Assembly: GCA_051362555.1 (NCBI GenBank)
Contig: CM120648.1
Coordinates: 9,854,587-9,918,586, forward strand
Reading direction: 5' to 3'
DNA length: 64,000 nt
Origin: Lingula anatina
Taxonomy: Eukaryota; Animalia; Brachiopoda
Part shown: positions 1 to 12,900 of the stretch, one piece after another
How positions within the stretch are numbered: position 1 is the first letter of the stretch
Layout: each line of letters opens with the position of its first letter
Notes under the pieces: generated by a model
Database searches by the model: none
The model's input: the letters and a program-made list of their open reading frames with translations, nothing else
What the model was told of the DNA's origin: nothing
Position numbers and translations under genes: made by a program

Positions 1-72
1 TTGGAGAATTGAAAAAGGAGAATAAATGAGGTGTTAGAAAATATAAGTAGTAACCGTACGCGAAAAAAGATT

Positions 73-110
73 TATAAACGAATCAGCAGATAGAGAGTCA
101 TCAGAAACGT
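73..110 (+). promoter_or_regulatory. TATA box and probable initiator of the Cys-rich peptide gene
   Basis: TATAAA at 73-78; TCAG initiator-like sequence about 30 nt downstream (~102); ATG at 166. Confidence 0.5.
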
Positions 111-165
111 CAGGAGAGACTGGAGAGGAAGGACATCACAAGATACCAAGCACCATATTGTCAAG

Positions 166-2028
166 ATGATCAAGTTTTGCTTTATTGCTGCACTGCTCAT
201 CTTTGCTGGCTTCCCAGGTAGGGCGGGCTCGAAGTTAACAATATTAAAATTTAATGAGCTGAATGCAATAAAAATATTTTATTATAGTACTATTATTCTA
301 AGAGAATAATACGGAGATGCAAAATTAGCAATAAGTACTTGGAGACAACTCCAAAGTTCCAAAAAATTATACCTGAGCAGCTAATTTTTTTTTGAGATTT
401 TTTCCATGTGATACATGCCTTTTCCAATGGTACGTTTATTAATTTAATTTTCAAAGAAGAGCCACCAAAAAGGTTTATTTGGCATCTTATGTGCTGGCTG
501 GAAAATATCGAGAAGCATTCAGTTTTTTAAGGTTTAATCATGTACAGGATGGCAAGTAAGCAGCCACAAAGTTACCTTGAGAGAGTTTGAAGTGGCCTTA
601 AGCCCCCTTTACACTGGATGGCGTCCTTTTTGCGTCCTGTAGTATGGCCCTGTTTGAGAGTAAAAAAAAAAAAAAATCTTATGTGCTGACAACTGGCCAA
701 TCACTGAGCATTCATTCTGCAACCAAAGAATGCAGACAGGACGCGGTCCAGTGTAAAAGGAGTTTAAGTGGGAGAAAATTTTGAAGTGATCTTAGCAAGT
801 GCAAAGCACATTCAGCTGAACCAGTTCAGGCCAGATGAAGAGTCAGCTGCTCTAATTATAAAATGAAAAAAAAAAAAAAAAAAAAACCTTCACCAAGCTG
901 TAAACTGAAAATTTTGTTATTTTATGCATGGTTTACTTATTAAATAGTTATTTATATGTTGAGGGTTTCAAGCTTTTGTATTTTTTTTTACAATTTAGTT
1001 GAAGTAAAATCACATACTTCCTGATAATGTCATTTACAATTATGGGGAGACATATAAGGAAGGTCTGCTTTCATGAAAAATGGTTATTTTTATTAAGAAG
1101 CTGGTTAAATCTGTCTATTTTATGCAGCCACCTAAAAGTTGCAGTGCAATATTATTATATAACTATTTTTCAAAGTCGTGAAACAGATTATACACATGTC
1201 CAAGCCTGCAGGCATCATGGCGTCGTTCTCTGTTTGTCTATCCAGTGTTTCAGAACAGAAAGTTGACCTAACTTTTAACATAAAAGATAACAAGGCAGAT
1301 ACATTTTTGGTCTTCACCGTTGCTAGTAAAGCAGGGGCAGATACAGAGATATTGTCTGACAGTTTTCCAAATTATCTTTGTAGATCCATCCTCCATTTTT
1401 GAGCATCTTCCAACAGAAAAAAAGGTGATACTCGTCAAACTTTAAAATCCAGCAGACCTAGAAGACGACCTCAATCTACCCCTGTCAAGCGTATATTGAA
1501 ATTTTAAAAAATATTTGATCCTAGTCATGACTGACAAGTGTAATTCTGTGCTGTTGCTTACCTTAAAAATATTATCTTAAAATGTTATTTCCTAAAGTGC
1601 AGGTTAAATGTAACTGACCAACACAATTACTCATTTTGAGAGAATTTTCCAGGTAATACGAATATTCTACCATGCAGTAAATCTTCTACATAGTTGCTTT
1701 TTCCACCAGTATAATTATTTGGAACTTCAGAGTACATATTTATAAGGAATTTTTTAGGGGTTATTAAGAATATCCTTTGCCTTCGAAAATACCTCACAGT
1801 CATTTTTTTCAGCGATTCAGCTTATTTAACCCAAATAAGTAAAAACAAACAAAATGAATAAAAAAATTGATATAAATATTTTTCTTCTTCTTCAAATCAC
1901 ATACAGAGAGTACTAGTGAGTGCAGCCAAGATTCGGACTGCAGTTGCTCTTACTGTACCTACGGAGGCAACCCTCACTGTACCCAAACATGCACTGGAAC
2001 ATGCTCGTGTAGTGGGTGCGTCATTTAG
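166..2028 (+). CDS. Small secreted cysteine-rich peptide precursor (57 aa), two coding exons
   Basis: Exon 166-217 (ATG...CCA G|gtaggg) joins in phase 1 to 1907-2028 (ttcttcttcttcaaatcacatacag|AG AGT...ATT TAG), giving MIKFCFIAALLIFAGFPESTSECSQDSDCSCSYCTYGGNPHCTQTCTGTCSCSGCVI*. Hydrophobic signal-like N-terminus; 9 Cys in the last 36 aa. TATAAA at 73-78. Further donor GTGAGT at 2037 and acceptor tatatttcag| at 2460 define a likely 3'UTR exon with ATTAAA near 2555. Confidence 0.75.
601..764. mobile_element. Short MITE-like element (possibly PIF/Harbinger-derived)
   Basis: Imperfect terminal inverted repeats AGCCCCCTTTACACTGGA ... TCCAGTGTAAAAGGAGTT with TTA/TAA flanks; no coding capacity. Confidence 0.5.
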
Positions 2029-2936
2029 ACACTCTGGTGAGTTTTCACCTGCATCACACCTCCATAAGTCATAAACTAAATCTTGTTCTTCTTTTTTATC
2101 CTCGTTTCCAACCATTAACTATTTAAGTCTGGATCTTAAGCTTTTAATATTTAATACCACCATGGATGTGATTTGTATAGTTCATGAGGGATTTTTAAAA
2201 ACTAATCAACAAAGGGATACTGTCAAAAGAGTGCACTAAAAAAATTGGGGGATGGAGGTGGGGTGAAATGCTCTTTAATTGTACCAATTCAGTTTTTAAG
2301 ACCAAAACTGATCTAAATCACAGTGAGAAAGACTATACTAGTCTAGTAATTAGACTGACTTCCACTTAAACAGTTAACCAATCATCTCCCCTCATACATT
2401 CAGTCCAAATGTATTAATTGATTTGTTTTCAATATTAATTTTTTTATTTGTATATTTCAGATATGGCCCAACAAGACTTCCAAGCTAAACAGATCATGGG
2501 ATGCTGTGCAAATTTTCATAATTTTTGCAATAGCTTGGAAAGAAAATCAATAATTAAAATTAAAAGATGAAAATGTATCTGAAACTGCTTTTGTTGATTT
2601 CCTCTTGAACTCTTTTACCTCAAGACAGAATAACAACTTACAGTTATCATTCGCCAAATTTGATCAAAACGTTATTTTGTCTCACTGTCAGCAATAACTT
2701 ATCATCTTATTCAGGATCCACGAAATAAAAAAAAAAATTTTTTTTTTCAAAGTGTATGAAAGTTTTTGATATCCAGTTTGGGACAAACCAGAAAAATATT
2801 TTCAAGCTGTAACTTATAATCATCAATCTTGAAATAATGTAATGAGAAAGGAAGTTAAAATTGCCACTATATATTGGAGGGTGGGTACGTGCATATAAAA
2901 TTTTTTTTTCAAAAAGGTGAATTAGAAAGTACTTAC

Positions 2937-4811
2937 CATTTCTGTATCAATATTCAGGTCTTGTTGTGCTAAACTCTGGAATATTTACAAGCAACATGTT
3001 AAAAAAATTATTTCTGAGGCACAGAGTGCTAAGTTAATACCAAAACAAAGCAAGGTCGATAACTACAGTAAAAACTTGAAAACTCAGTCATTCTTGGAAA
3101 ATTGAGTTTGAAGATGATTCTCTGCTGACAGTATTTTTCACTTTGAAAAACTTGCCAAACTTGAAAATGGGCCTCTCAATAGTTTTGAAAAGTTTGTCAT
3201 CTACTATAGTATGGTCATGTCAGATTCGTGCATTTTAAGTTATTAATTAATTTTTAAGTAATGAAATTTTGAAGTTTTTACCATCTTATTTGAGTTTACT
3301 GTGTTCCATTGAATATCTAACCTTATGAAAAAAATGAAATAAAAAAAAAAATGAAAAGTACTTAAGATGGCTGGCTTAATGGAAGTGAACTTCTGACATC
3401 ATCCTTTCTTATTAAAACGAAGAAGGATAAAAAATCTGACTCAAAATCAAATGATTTTGAATTAATAAAAATGCTCTACTTTTTTATCAATTTACCTGAA
3501 ATATCTGTTTATCAAACACTTGATTAAGTGGGGTAGCTTTCCCTGTGTGAGCATTGAGACCCGTCTTTCCCACTACAGCTACTACACAAACTTTCTGAGA
3601 GCTGGCAGAATGTCCTTGTCCTCGAGTTCTGTAATGGAAAAAGTAGTACTAAAATATAATCTAATGTTACTCAGTACAATACAATATAATACAATACAAT
3701 GCAATACATCAAAATACAATGCAATTCATTACAAAACATTACAGTGCAGCGCAATGCGGAGGAAAAAAAAAAAAAAAACAATGCAAATTCATTTCAACTT
3801 TAATTCTAGCCATTGCAAATTCATTAGGGGATCAGTGACTTTTCAAAAACAACAGTATAGTACAGGTATTCTCAAGAATACCAAGCACAGGAGAACTGGC
3901 GCAGTGTGAATTGAAGTCCCATATTGGAATATAAAAACTTGGTGCCAACTGAAGTCCTATCTCCCACTAATACAAAATCACAGTGTGAACTGAAGTCCCA
4001 TCTCCGAATATAAAATCTCTGAGTGAAATGAAGTCACATCTCGGAAAAGTTCTGAAACTGCTGACTGCCAAAGACCCCAACTTGCATTAAACAAAACTCT
4101 ATTCTTACCATCTTCTTTTTTAATATAGCTAAGCACCCAGACCAAAGACCATATTCTTTTGAAAAAAAAAAAAAAAAAAAAAGACTGCAAATTGATGTGA
4201 AATAGCAGTTATTAATATATCCAGAACTACACCATATCATACAGTTTGGAACGGTTATATAAGGCAAGCCCATACGTTGCTAGATATGACTGGTCCAAGT
4301 CGAAAAAAGAATGAGAAAAAACTATTTGTTCATTTGTCTGTGCATACTACTGTACTTGTTATGGTTAAAGTATTTTTCCCCCACTTATGATAGATGCATA
4401 ACCAGTACAGACAGTACTGTCAGTAGACAACCAGATCACCCTTCGATTGACTAAAAAAAAAAAAAAAAAAAAAAAATCCACACGACGTGCACCTCAGGTG
4501 TGATAGTAGAACATATTTAAGCACCTGGTACATGTGTGCTCAAGCATGAGTTTGAGTGCTAAGCATGCATCAGATTTAAAACGTGCAGTCTAGTCTGGAC
4601 TAGCTTCAGTTAACTTTTACATTGGGTGGGAGAATTTTACAAATGATTCCGGAAAACCACAGTTGTCAACACCTCGAATGCAATCATAGTGATCTGAATC
4701 ATGTGTTACTGGCTACAAATTAACTTTGATATATCGATTCAGAAAACCATACCCAATATATTGTAAATCTTGTGGGAAACAAAATTTTTCAAGTTTCCTG
4801 GGCGCAGCCAT
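2937..4811 (-). CDS. SMG8: SMG8 nonsense-mediated decay factor, first three coding exons (gene continues left of the window)
   Basis: Exons 4811-4753 (AAG ATG GCT GCG...ATT GG|gtatgg), 3628-3496 (cattacag|A ACT...TTT CAG|gtaaat) and 2975-2937 (ttccag|AGT...ATG|gtaagt) are phase-compatible: MAAPRKLEKFCFPQDLQYIGTRGQGHSASSQKVCVVAVVGKTGLNAHTGKATPLNQVFDKQIFQSLAQQDLNIDTEM. KVCVVAVVGKT...LNQVFDKQIF matches my recollection of the SMG8 N-terminal G-domain motif (ICVVGIFGKT...VNTVCDRQVF). Only 77 aa are visible. Confidence 0.72.
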
Positions 4812-5168
4812 CTTGTTACTCTCAAACCCCATCAGAGATATTTTTCAATCAAGCAAAATTATGAGCCAGTAAGTCAAAGCATGCTTATAATATTCGAAGC
4901 CAATAATAGTGATGTAATATTCCATATAAACAATTCTACAATGTGTGCATAAGTAAAAACGACACATGCCAAAAATCAGATGTAAATATTAGAGCGCCAT
5001 CTTTTGAGTAAAAAATATACTAAAGTTGTCAACAAACCAGCATGCGCGGACAAAGACTAAGCAGAAAGACGTGGACAAAGTGTACAAAGATTTCCAACTT
5101 ATGTCCGTCAAATACTTGGGATTATCAAAGAGTCTCATTATAAGAACAAAGGATTGCATAGACACACG
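4800..5168. promoter_or_regulatory. Bidirectional promoter of SMG8 (-) and KLHL17 (+), including a probable non-coding first exon of KLHL17
   Basis: YY1-type GCCATCTT motifs at 4807-4814 (overlapping the SMG8 ATG) and 4996-5003; NRF1-like GCATGCGC at 5040-5047; strong + strand donor ACG|GTAAGT at 5168/5169 that can join the acceptor taacag| at 7726, 19 nt before the KLHL17 ATG. Confidence 0.6.
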
Positions 5169-6916
5169 GTAAGTGTCCTATATTAAAATCATACGCGGTG
5201 TGGAAAACATTTTTGTTGTAGAGAAAAAGATGACGTTCTGTGTGCTATTTTTAGAAATCAGCTGTTTCAATGTTTGTATAATAGACCTGTACAACTTAAC
5301 GACCTTTACCTGTCTGACACTTGCGTTACCTGAATTTTAGAATATCTGCAAGGCAGGGTGTGTATACAGTCGAAATATTTCGTGTTCATTTAAATTGTTT
5401 GTGACAACGATGTCAATTAATTAAATATCACTTCCCACCTCTGTTGCAAATCCCTGACATGTCAAATGCAGTTCCAGTCACCTAACAAACAAACAAACAA
5501 CAAAGGTCGCTACTATTGATTACTGTCCTGGTTAAGGACACATTTGTCCTCTAAGTATGTAGCTGAAAGTTTTTGCTGTGTTGAATTGTGTTGATTTAAT
5601 TAAGCTACTATAGACTCTGGAAACAATTTAAACCGTGTACGTGTCTCTAACTTGATTGTCAAATTCAATAATGTGCTTTGAATTGCATAACAAAACGTTT
5701 ACCATGGTCACAAAGGGATGGAGATTTGGTCTTTCAGCCTGAAACTCTTCCACCCAGTCTTTTAAAGCGATCTCAAAAATTCAAAGCATCCCCAGCCCTT
5801 TTACAGTACAAGTTTTGATATGAGGAAATTCATTCTCCCTATTAAAATTTTTAATGCCCCCCCCCCAGACAAATTTGTCATTCCCCCTGACAAATACATA
5901 TAAGAGTGCAATAACTTGGATTTATTCAGATGACATGTTTCATGTTTTTTGTCTGTGTCTTTTATATCTAAACCATGGACTTGCGTGTTCGACGTTACAC
6001 TTTCTCTTTGTGTGTATGCTGACATATCCGCAATTATAAAGATTTAACATGGTAGTCATGACAGAAAAGGAGGTTAATGTTCTTTCTCATGCAATTGCTG
6101 CAGTATGTAAGTAATCACTAGAATTTAAAAAAGATAAATGGCTTTAATTCCTTTTTTTTTTAAATTAATTGTGACATTTTCGTACCCATAGCTGCCAGAA
6201 GGAAGAGATGATAAAGTCAAGTAGAAGGCATGGATACAGTCAAATATGGAGAATGAAACTAATAAGTACATGACAGGTGCCCCCCCCCCCCCCATTCCCA
6301 TCATAAAATACCCCCCCCCAAAAAAAAAAAAAAAGCTCAAATTATCGTATGTATTCCATATATTTAAATTACTTAGTATTAGTATATATATATATATATT
6401 ATTTTTTGTTGTGTGTGTGTGTTGGGGGTGGGGGAGGGGGGGGGGAGAAAAATTGGAAGGTGACCTTTGGTGCCCCATTTCTTAATTGAAATCATAGATC
6501 TGCCAGTGGGATAACTATATTTACCTGTAAGCGATATCACCTTGGTTCAACTAAAAATAACTGATGGAGTCTAAACAAAATTGAGCTAGTCTATGGACAA
6601 GATGATCTCTGGCACCTATACCTGAAAGTTATAGCTGAAATTTCACTTAAAATAGTTGTGATTTAACTCTAAATCAGTGGGAATATGCATTTGCAGATGG
6701 TTCGTTGTCCAGTTGTGATGGCTCAGCTAAGGGCTAATTCCCAATGAAAATATCCTTCAAGGGAGATCGCTCTAACTCTGCAGAAACAATGGGACTCTCA
6801 TTGGCATTGAATAAAATACAGAAAAGCTGGTGATTATATGAGTACCTTGGAAACAAGAGAAGGCATATGTGTTATCTGTACCTCTCAAAAATAGACACAA
6901 AATAACAAGCATGGAG

Positions 6917-6917
<1 letters not shown>

Positions 6918-6956
<39 letters not shown>

Positions 6957-6967
6957 TAATAATAATT
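6918..6967. repeat. (AAT)n microsatellite
   Basis: About 16 AAT units with one GAT interruption; source of the poly-Ile spurious ORF 6772-7128. Confidence 0.9.
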
Positions 6968-7745
6968 AGATCATGCATACTATGTAATAAAAGAATTCTA
7001 TACTTGAGTGTATCAGCAACAGAGCAGAGAAAATATTTACTATAGTAATGCCATGGAGTCAAGGCGTCAGTCATGGTTGTTGTAGGATTTTCAGTATTGG
7101 CAACACAGTTTTTACTTTTATACATCACTTAAAATACATAGACCTTATATTATATGAAATGAATAACTAAGTGGCAGCTAGAAAGGTATCAAAAAATTTG
7201 CAAGGCATTTTTTTCAGCCAGTGGCAGTTAATCACTGACATTAAAAAAATCTTTCTTTTCCACTTCTGTTATTGAAGGAGTAACAAAAATAAATGCATTA
7301 GTGCTCTTGGGCATATATATTTTTTTCTTTTAAGATACAACAGGTGCACTGAAAAAAAATAATGGGCCAATTTCCAGGAACTGATGCCAGTTTGCACTCC
7401 ATAATATAAATACTCACATTCCCAATACATGGGTTGGTCCAGGTTTTTACTACGGGGTGGGCACAAGGGTAAAATATAATATTTGACTTGCCACAATTGG
7501 CAAAAATATAAATCCTAAAATCTGAGTAAGTCTCTTATATAGTCCCCCACCAAAGAGAAAAAAATATGAAAAAGGAAAGAAAAACTGGAAATTAAGGGGA
7601 ATTGAGGTTTACTGTCATGGTGGTTAAAAGATAGCTGCTAAAATATATAAATATTCATTTGATTCAATAAAAGTAATAATTATAGTAGAGTCAATAAAAT
7701 GTTTATTAATAATTTGAATTTAACAGGTCACAAAATTTATAAACC

Positions 7746-10700
7746 ATGATGGAAGTGGACCCTCAGTTAACCCCTCCGTCGCCTTTGAAATCCCCAACCA
7801 GCAAGACAACTGGTGAATCCACGCTGAAGTACACTGCAAATCTCCACCACCAGGGGGCGTTCCAGATGATGCATCATCTCCAGAGGACAAAACAGATGTG
7901 CGATGTCATCCTCGATGTTGGCGATCTCAGTTTACATGTTCACAAGATTGTCTTGGCTTCCTGTAGTTCATATTTCCATGCCATGTTCACAAGTAAGTTT
8001 ATAGAATAATTTGAATAAAAAAAATTGACTGAAGAGATCAATACAATGGAATTTTAATGTCGAGGGTTTCATTTGAATAAAGGGTAAATTGATGTGTAGA
8101 AAGTCGGGCAGGGGGATTGACAATATTCCATGACCCCTCTGACCTTGACTTCTGACCCACTGGTATGATATATGAGATTTGAATTGAAGAAGTTGAAATA
8201 TGTAAGGCTATCACTTATTTTAACATTGCATTCCCTTTGCAGAAGATACGGTAGAAAAAAGAAGATTTTGAAATGAATTTTATTCTATTTGTTCTTTTTG
8301 CAGATGACATGGTCGAAAAAGATTCCAAAAATGTCCGCCTGCATGATGTGGACCCCACCGCCATGGAGTTGCTGATCGAATTCATGTATACCTCAGAGAT
8401 CACAGTCACAGAAAGTAATGTACAGGTATACTTAGTTGTTGACTGTCTCAGCTTGCTTGCTGTCCAGTAAACATCTAGTCATCTAGCTGCAAAGGGCCCA
8501 TTAATTGCCCAAGTATAGATGGGACTGTCCCAGTTGATGTGGAACAGTCCCATGAATACTTCAGAAGTGCTGGTCACAGAAAATTATGTTACATACATTG
8601 CTTTGGTGATCAAGGGATAAAATGGGATAAATTGCAAAAATTTACAGGAAAATAAAATTCAAGAGTAAAATTCAATGTTCTTCTCTGAGGAAGCAATAGG
8701 AAAAATTTTGCTAATTAAAAGTAAAAAGCAATAGTTGAAATAATCTGTTTTGCAAATGCAAAAATTTACAAGAAAATCTAAAATTTTGCTGTATAAACAT
8801 CTAACGCCTCATTCTGTGACTTCTGTCTCTTTTTCATTTTCAGATTTTATTGCCAGCTGCCAGTCTGCTCCAACTTCAGAGCGTACGCGAGGCGTGCTGC
8901 AAATTCCTCATCAAACAGCTACATCCAACCAATGTCCTGGGCATTAGGAATTTTGCCGACACACATTCATGCGAAGAGTTGCTGACACTTTCGCACACTT
9001 TTACCCTGCATAACTTTGTGGAAGTGTGCGAGACGGAGGAGTTTCTTCTTCTGCCATTTACTGAGGTTTGCTTGATACAAATAGATGAATAAAAATGATA
9101 AATTATAAATTAGTCAATTAATCAAAACAGAAAAGTAAAATTCAATGTTCTGCCCAAAGGAAGCAATAATATACTTTTTTTGCTAAAGAAAATAGGCAAT
9201 TGTTGAAATAATGTGATATAATGGTATAATCATTAACACAGAATTTTTTCTGCAAGATTCTCCAGTTTGTTAAAAAAAAAAAAGAAATTTGCCTAGGATC
9301 AGAAATAACATTTTGTTGTTAAGTAAAGGATTGATCAACTTGAAAAAATGGCCAAAATACGTGTGGTTTGTAAATTGGAAATTCAAAGTTTTAATGGCAT
9401 GATTATAAATTAAAATAACTTGTTTCCTCTAGATTTTATTGTTTTTAAAATTTGATAACCTCAGCTTAATGCTTGAAGGGTAATCCTTTTGTACTGGTGA
9501 TTATTTGCATTTTTTCCTCCAGATTTGAACTGATTATTATTTGTATATCCTTCAGATTCTCCAGTTTGTCAAAAGTGAAGACTTGTGTATTGTGTCGGAA
9601 GAGCAGGTGTTCCGTAGCGTGGTCAAGTGGGTCAAACACGACTTAGATGCAAGAGGGCCGTATATAAGTCAGGTAAATGAATTTCTTTTAATTTATTATT
9701 TAAAATAAATAAATAAATAAACAATTGGGATATTTACAGTGGCCAGAACTGAGAATAAGAATAAAGCTTTTTTCAGATTAAATTGAAATTATACAGTGTG
9801 AAAAATTTTTTTTTGTTCCATTGTGATTCTTTCAACAAGTGTTTGAAATTAGACAAATAATCACAGAGTCAGATATATCGCTGGGTATTGAAATTAAGCT
9901 TAATGACATATTATGACTATTTTGATGTTATGGGTGTTATAAAAATGATAATAATATTTCAGTGATTTTATATCTAGACTTGTAAAGCCTCAAAGTTTGC
10001 TTTTATATTATTGCAAACCTTATTCAGCACATTTTACTTTCAGCTTCTCAGTCATGTGAAGCTCCCTCTATTGTCGAGAGATTTTCTTATGAACAGCGTA
10101 GAGTCAGAAGAGTTTATACGGTCTAACAGCGAATGCAAGGATTTGTTACTGGAGGCCATGAAGTACCACTTGATGCCAAACCACAGAGATGGACTTCAAA
10201 CACAGAGGACTAGGCTGAGACGGAGTAAAGACCTAAAGCCAGTTTTAGTAGCTGTGGGTGAGTCATGAAAAGGATTTTGAATCTAACAGATGTGCAATTT
10301 GCATGAATTAAATAACCTTTGTTTGGTATGCTTAAAAAAATTGAAAATGATTGCTATGATATTGAAGTACACTATTTTGTATAATGAGATACAGAAATAA
10401 AAATACTAGTAATAAGACTGAAAAAAAAAATGGATGAACAGAGTTCACATATTTATGTATCATATTCCTCTTATTCATATGTAACAAATATTGATACATT
10501 TTCTCCAAGGTGGTGGTAGCCTATTTTCCATCCACAGCGAGGTCGAGTTCTACGACACGATGACTGACACTTGGACCATAGTGGCCTCCATGTTGAGTAG
10601 GAGGGCGCGTGCGGGGGTGGTGTCCGTGAACAGAATGCTGTACGCCATAGGAGGGTACGATGGTGCCATGGACCTCTGCACTGCAGAGTGCTATAATCCT

Positions 10701-12900
10701 TTGGTAAACTCCTGGACTATGATAAGTTGTATGGGGACCAGGAGAAGCTGTTTAGGTAATTGTATATAAGTATATGGTCTGAATGGAATAAAATTTAGAC
10801 CTTTGTTTTTAGTAAGATTAAAAGTCTTGAAAACCTGATTATACAAACAGCACAAAGTCCTATAGAAGCTATCTAAGTGAAAATGGTATATATGGTGCAT
10901 CTATCAAAGAGACCATTCCCACAGATATTTAGATCCATCTATCCCCCTGGGGAGTCTCACTAGATTGCTATCAGCTTAATCAGCTTAAATGTCTGTTCTA
11001 CCTACTTAAGGGGGTACTTAACTTTTGTGCTCACTCGGCTCACAGAAGCTGGCAGCAATTTAGGGTGAACCCCAGGGGGTAAGGTCGATCCAGATGAATC
11101 GATCTTAATCTGTGGGAACCCTGTCATAGCCTGTAAAATTTTCAGTCTTACAGTTAATCTTCTTTGTTGCACAGGTGTGTGTGAGTGGAATAGCCTGGTG
11201 TATGCTGTGGGTGGTTACGATGGAGCCTCTTGCCTGAGCAATGCTGAACGTTACGACCCGCTGACCGAGCAGTGGACGTCCATAGCTGCCATGACATACA
11301 AGAGAAGATATCTGAAGCTCGTAGTATTAGGTATGCAGATAGAAAGTGGTCTTGTTGAAATTTGTTTCATATATTAAAACAGTTTTAATCAATAACTAAA
11401 TGTGGAAATAGCCCCTTGGCTGTACTCCTGTCTTCTCTCTTTTAATCCTTCCATAATTCTAAACTCATGTGATCCAGCACTATCAGCAGTTTTTCTGCTT
11501 TCTCAATGTGCCAATCACTTGAGTAACCCAGCAACACTAAGCAGGGAGGAGCTCTCTTGAAGTGCACATGTACACTGCATTGTGCCAATCACTTGAGTAA
11601 CCTAGCAACACAGTGAGATGGGAGGAGCTCTCTTGAAGTGCACATGTACACTACATTTTGCCAATCACTTGAGTAACCTAGCAACACAGTGAGCAGGGAG
11701 GAGCTACAAACATCGGTTAATCTTGTAGGTCATTTGACCTGCAGTGGGGGAATTGCAAAAGGCTTACAAGGGGAGAGGGGGGGGGGGTTTACAAAAAAGA
11801 GTATGTTAGAAATAAAGGTTAGTTTTCACCTCTCCAGATACATGATTTCATGTTTTATGAGTAAATGACTAGCAGAAAAACATCGATTCTGTATATTTTG
11901 TAAGTATGTTAAATTATAATTTTCCATGTTTTGAGTGAGTAAATCACTTGATTTGAAAAAAAAATTTTCTTTTATAATAATTGTCCTCATGTTCCAGACA
12001 ATCATATCTATGCAGTGGGTGGATATGATGGCTGTTCACATCTTCCAAGTGTGGAAAAATACAACCCACATGTGAGTGTTATTCAGGCGAGAGGTTTCTG
12101 TATTTCAAATGTCTAGAGAACAGCTTTGAAGTTGTATCTACAGGGGTATGTGAATGACCTAGCTATATGTACCTGTTGTTCTGGTTCGAGATATCTGTTT
12201 TCAGAGACAAAAAAAGTTTCTGTTATTTTACTGCATTAGATGTCACCCAAAATGACTGAAAAGTTGAAAAGTTCAAGATACACATTGTGCTAGGCTGAGT
12301 CCTAGATATTTCTATTTTCCTCCTTCAGACAAACCGTTGGGTCACCATTCCAAACATGTTGAGTCGCCGTAGCAATTGCGGAGCTGCTGTGTTGGACAGG
12401 ATGATTTACGTCTGCGGAGGAAATGACGGGTCCACGGTGCTGAGTAGTGTAGAGAGGTACAGTCCACGTAGGGGAGTTTGGGAGACAGTAGCGCCAATGC
12501 ATTCAAGAAGGTGGGTGTTGTTTGTAGAAATTTTGTTTGGTAGGGAAAAACTGCTGGGACATTGCGTTAGGTGAGACTCTCTGGAACATTGTGCTAGGTG
12601 AGACTTTCTTGAGTTTTTGTTTGGTGTCTGTAATTTATGTCACATCTTCGATGTTAAGTTTTCTTATTTTTTTTCTCCAGGAGTACCCACGACGCCATAG
12701 TGATGGATGGAATGTTGTACGCTGTTGGAGGAAACGACGGTAGTTCGAGCCTTAACACCATAGAACGCTACGACCCTAAGCTAAACCGCTGGACGGTTAT
12801 TCTTCCGATGAATCTACGACGGAGCGGCGTAGGGGCTGCCGTGGTCGAAATAACGAGTAATCTGCGCAAAAAACTACAGGGAACTGTTGGCACGTTTTAA
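7746..12900 (+). CDS. KLHL17: Kelch-like protein 17 (actinfilin) orthologue: BTB-BACK-6xKelch, 599 aa
   Basis: Ten coding exons 7746-7992, 8304-8425, 8844-9065, 9556-9672, 10044-10257, 10510-10755, 11175-11330, 11998-12071, 12329-12510, 12681-12900; all GT-AG, phases consistent, total 1800 nt. BTB (CDVILDVG...[18 protein letters not shown]), BACK, and Kelch repeats with KLHL17-typical strings [54 protein letters not shown]. Confidence 0.92.
10914..11124. mobile_element. ~210-bp MITE family, copy 1 (KLHL17 intron)
   Basis: Inverted ends TTCCCACAGATATTTAGATC ... GATCTTAATCTGTGGGAA; closely similar copies at 50608-50825 and 60052-60262. Confidence 0.75.
11507..11705. repeat. Minisatellite, ~75-bp unit x2.6, in a KLHL17 intron
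   Basis: GCCAATCACTTGAGTAACC recurs at 11510, 11584 and 11661. Confidence 0.85.

Noticed and set aside
1027-1402. Three overlapping ORFs as possible SMG8 or peptide-gene exons
   Set aside because: No resemblance to the expected next SMG8 segment and no convincing acceptor/donor pair.
1897-2115. Minus-strand 72-aa ORF (MVGNEDKKEEQ...)
   Set aside because: Antisense shadow of the Cys-rich peptide exon; the + strand reading has proper splice sites and a coherent product.
11507-11705. Regularly spaced repeats resembling a CRISPR array
   Set aside because: The inter-repeat sequence is itself repeated (plain minisatellite); no cas genes; eukaryotic intron.
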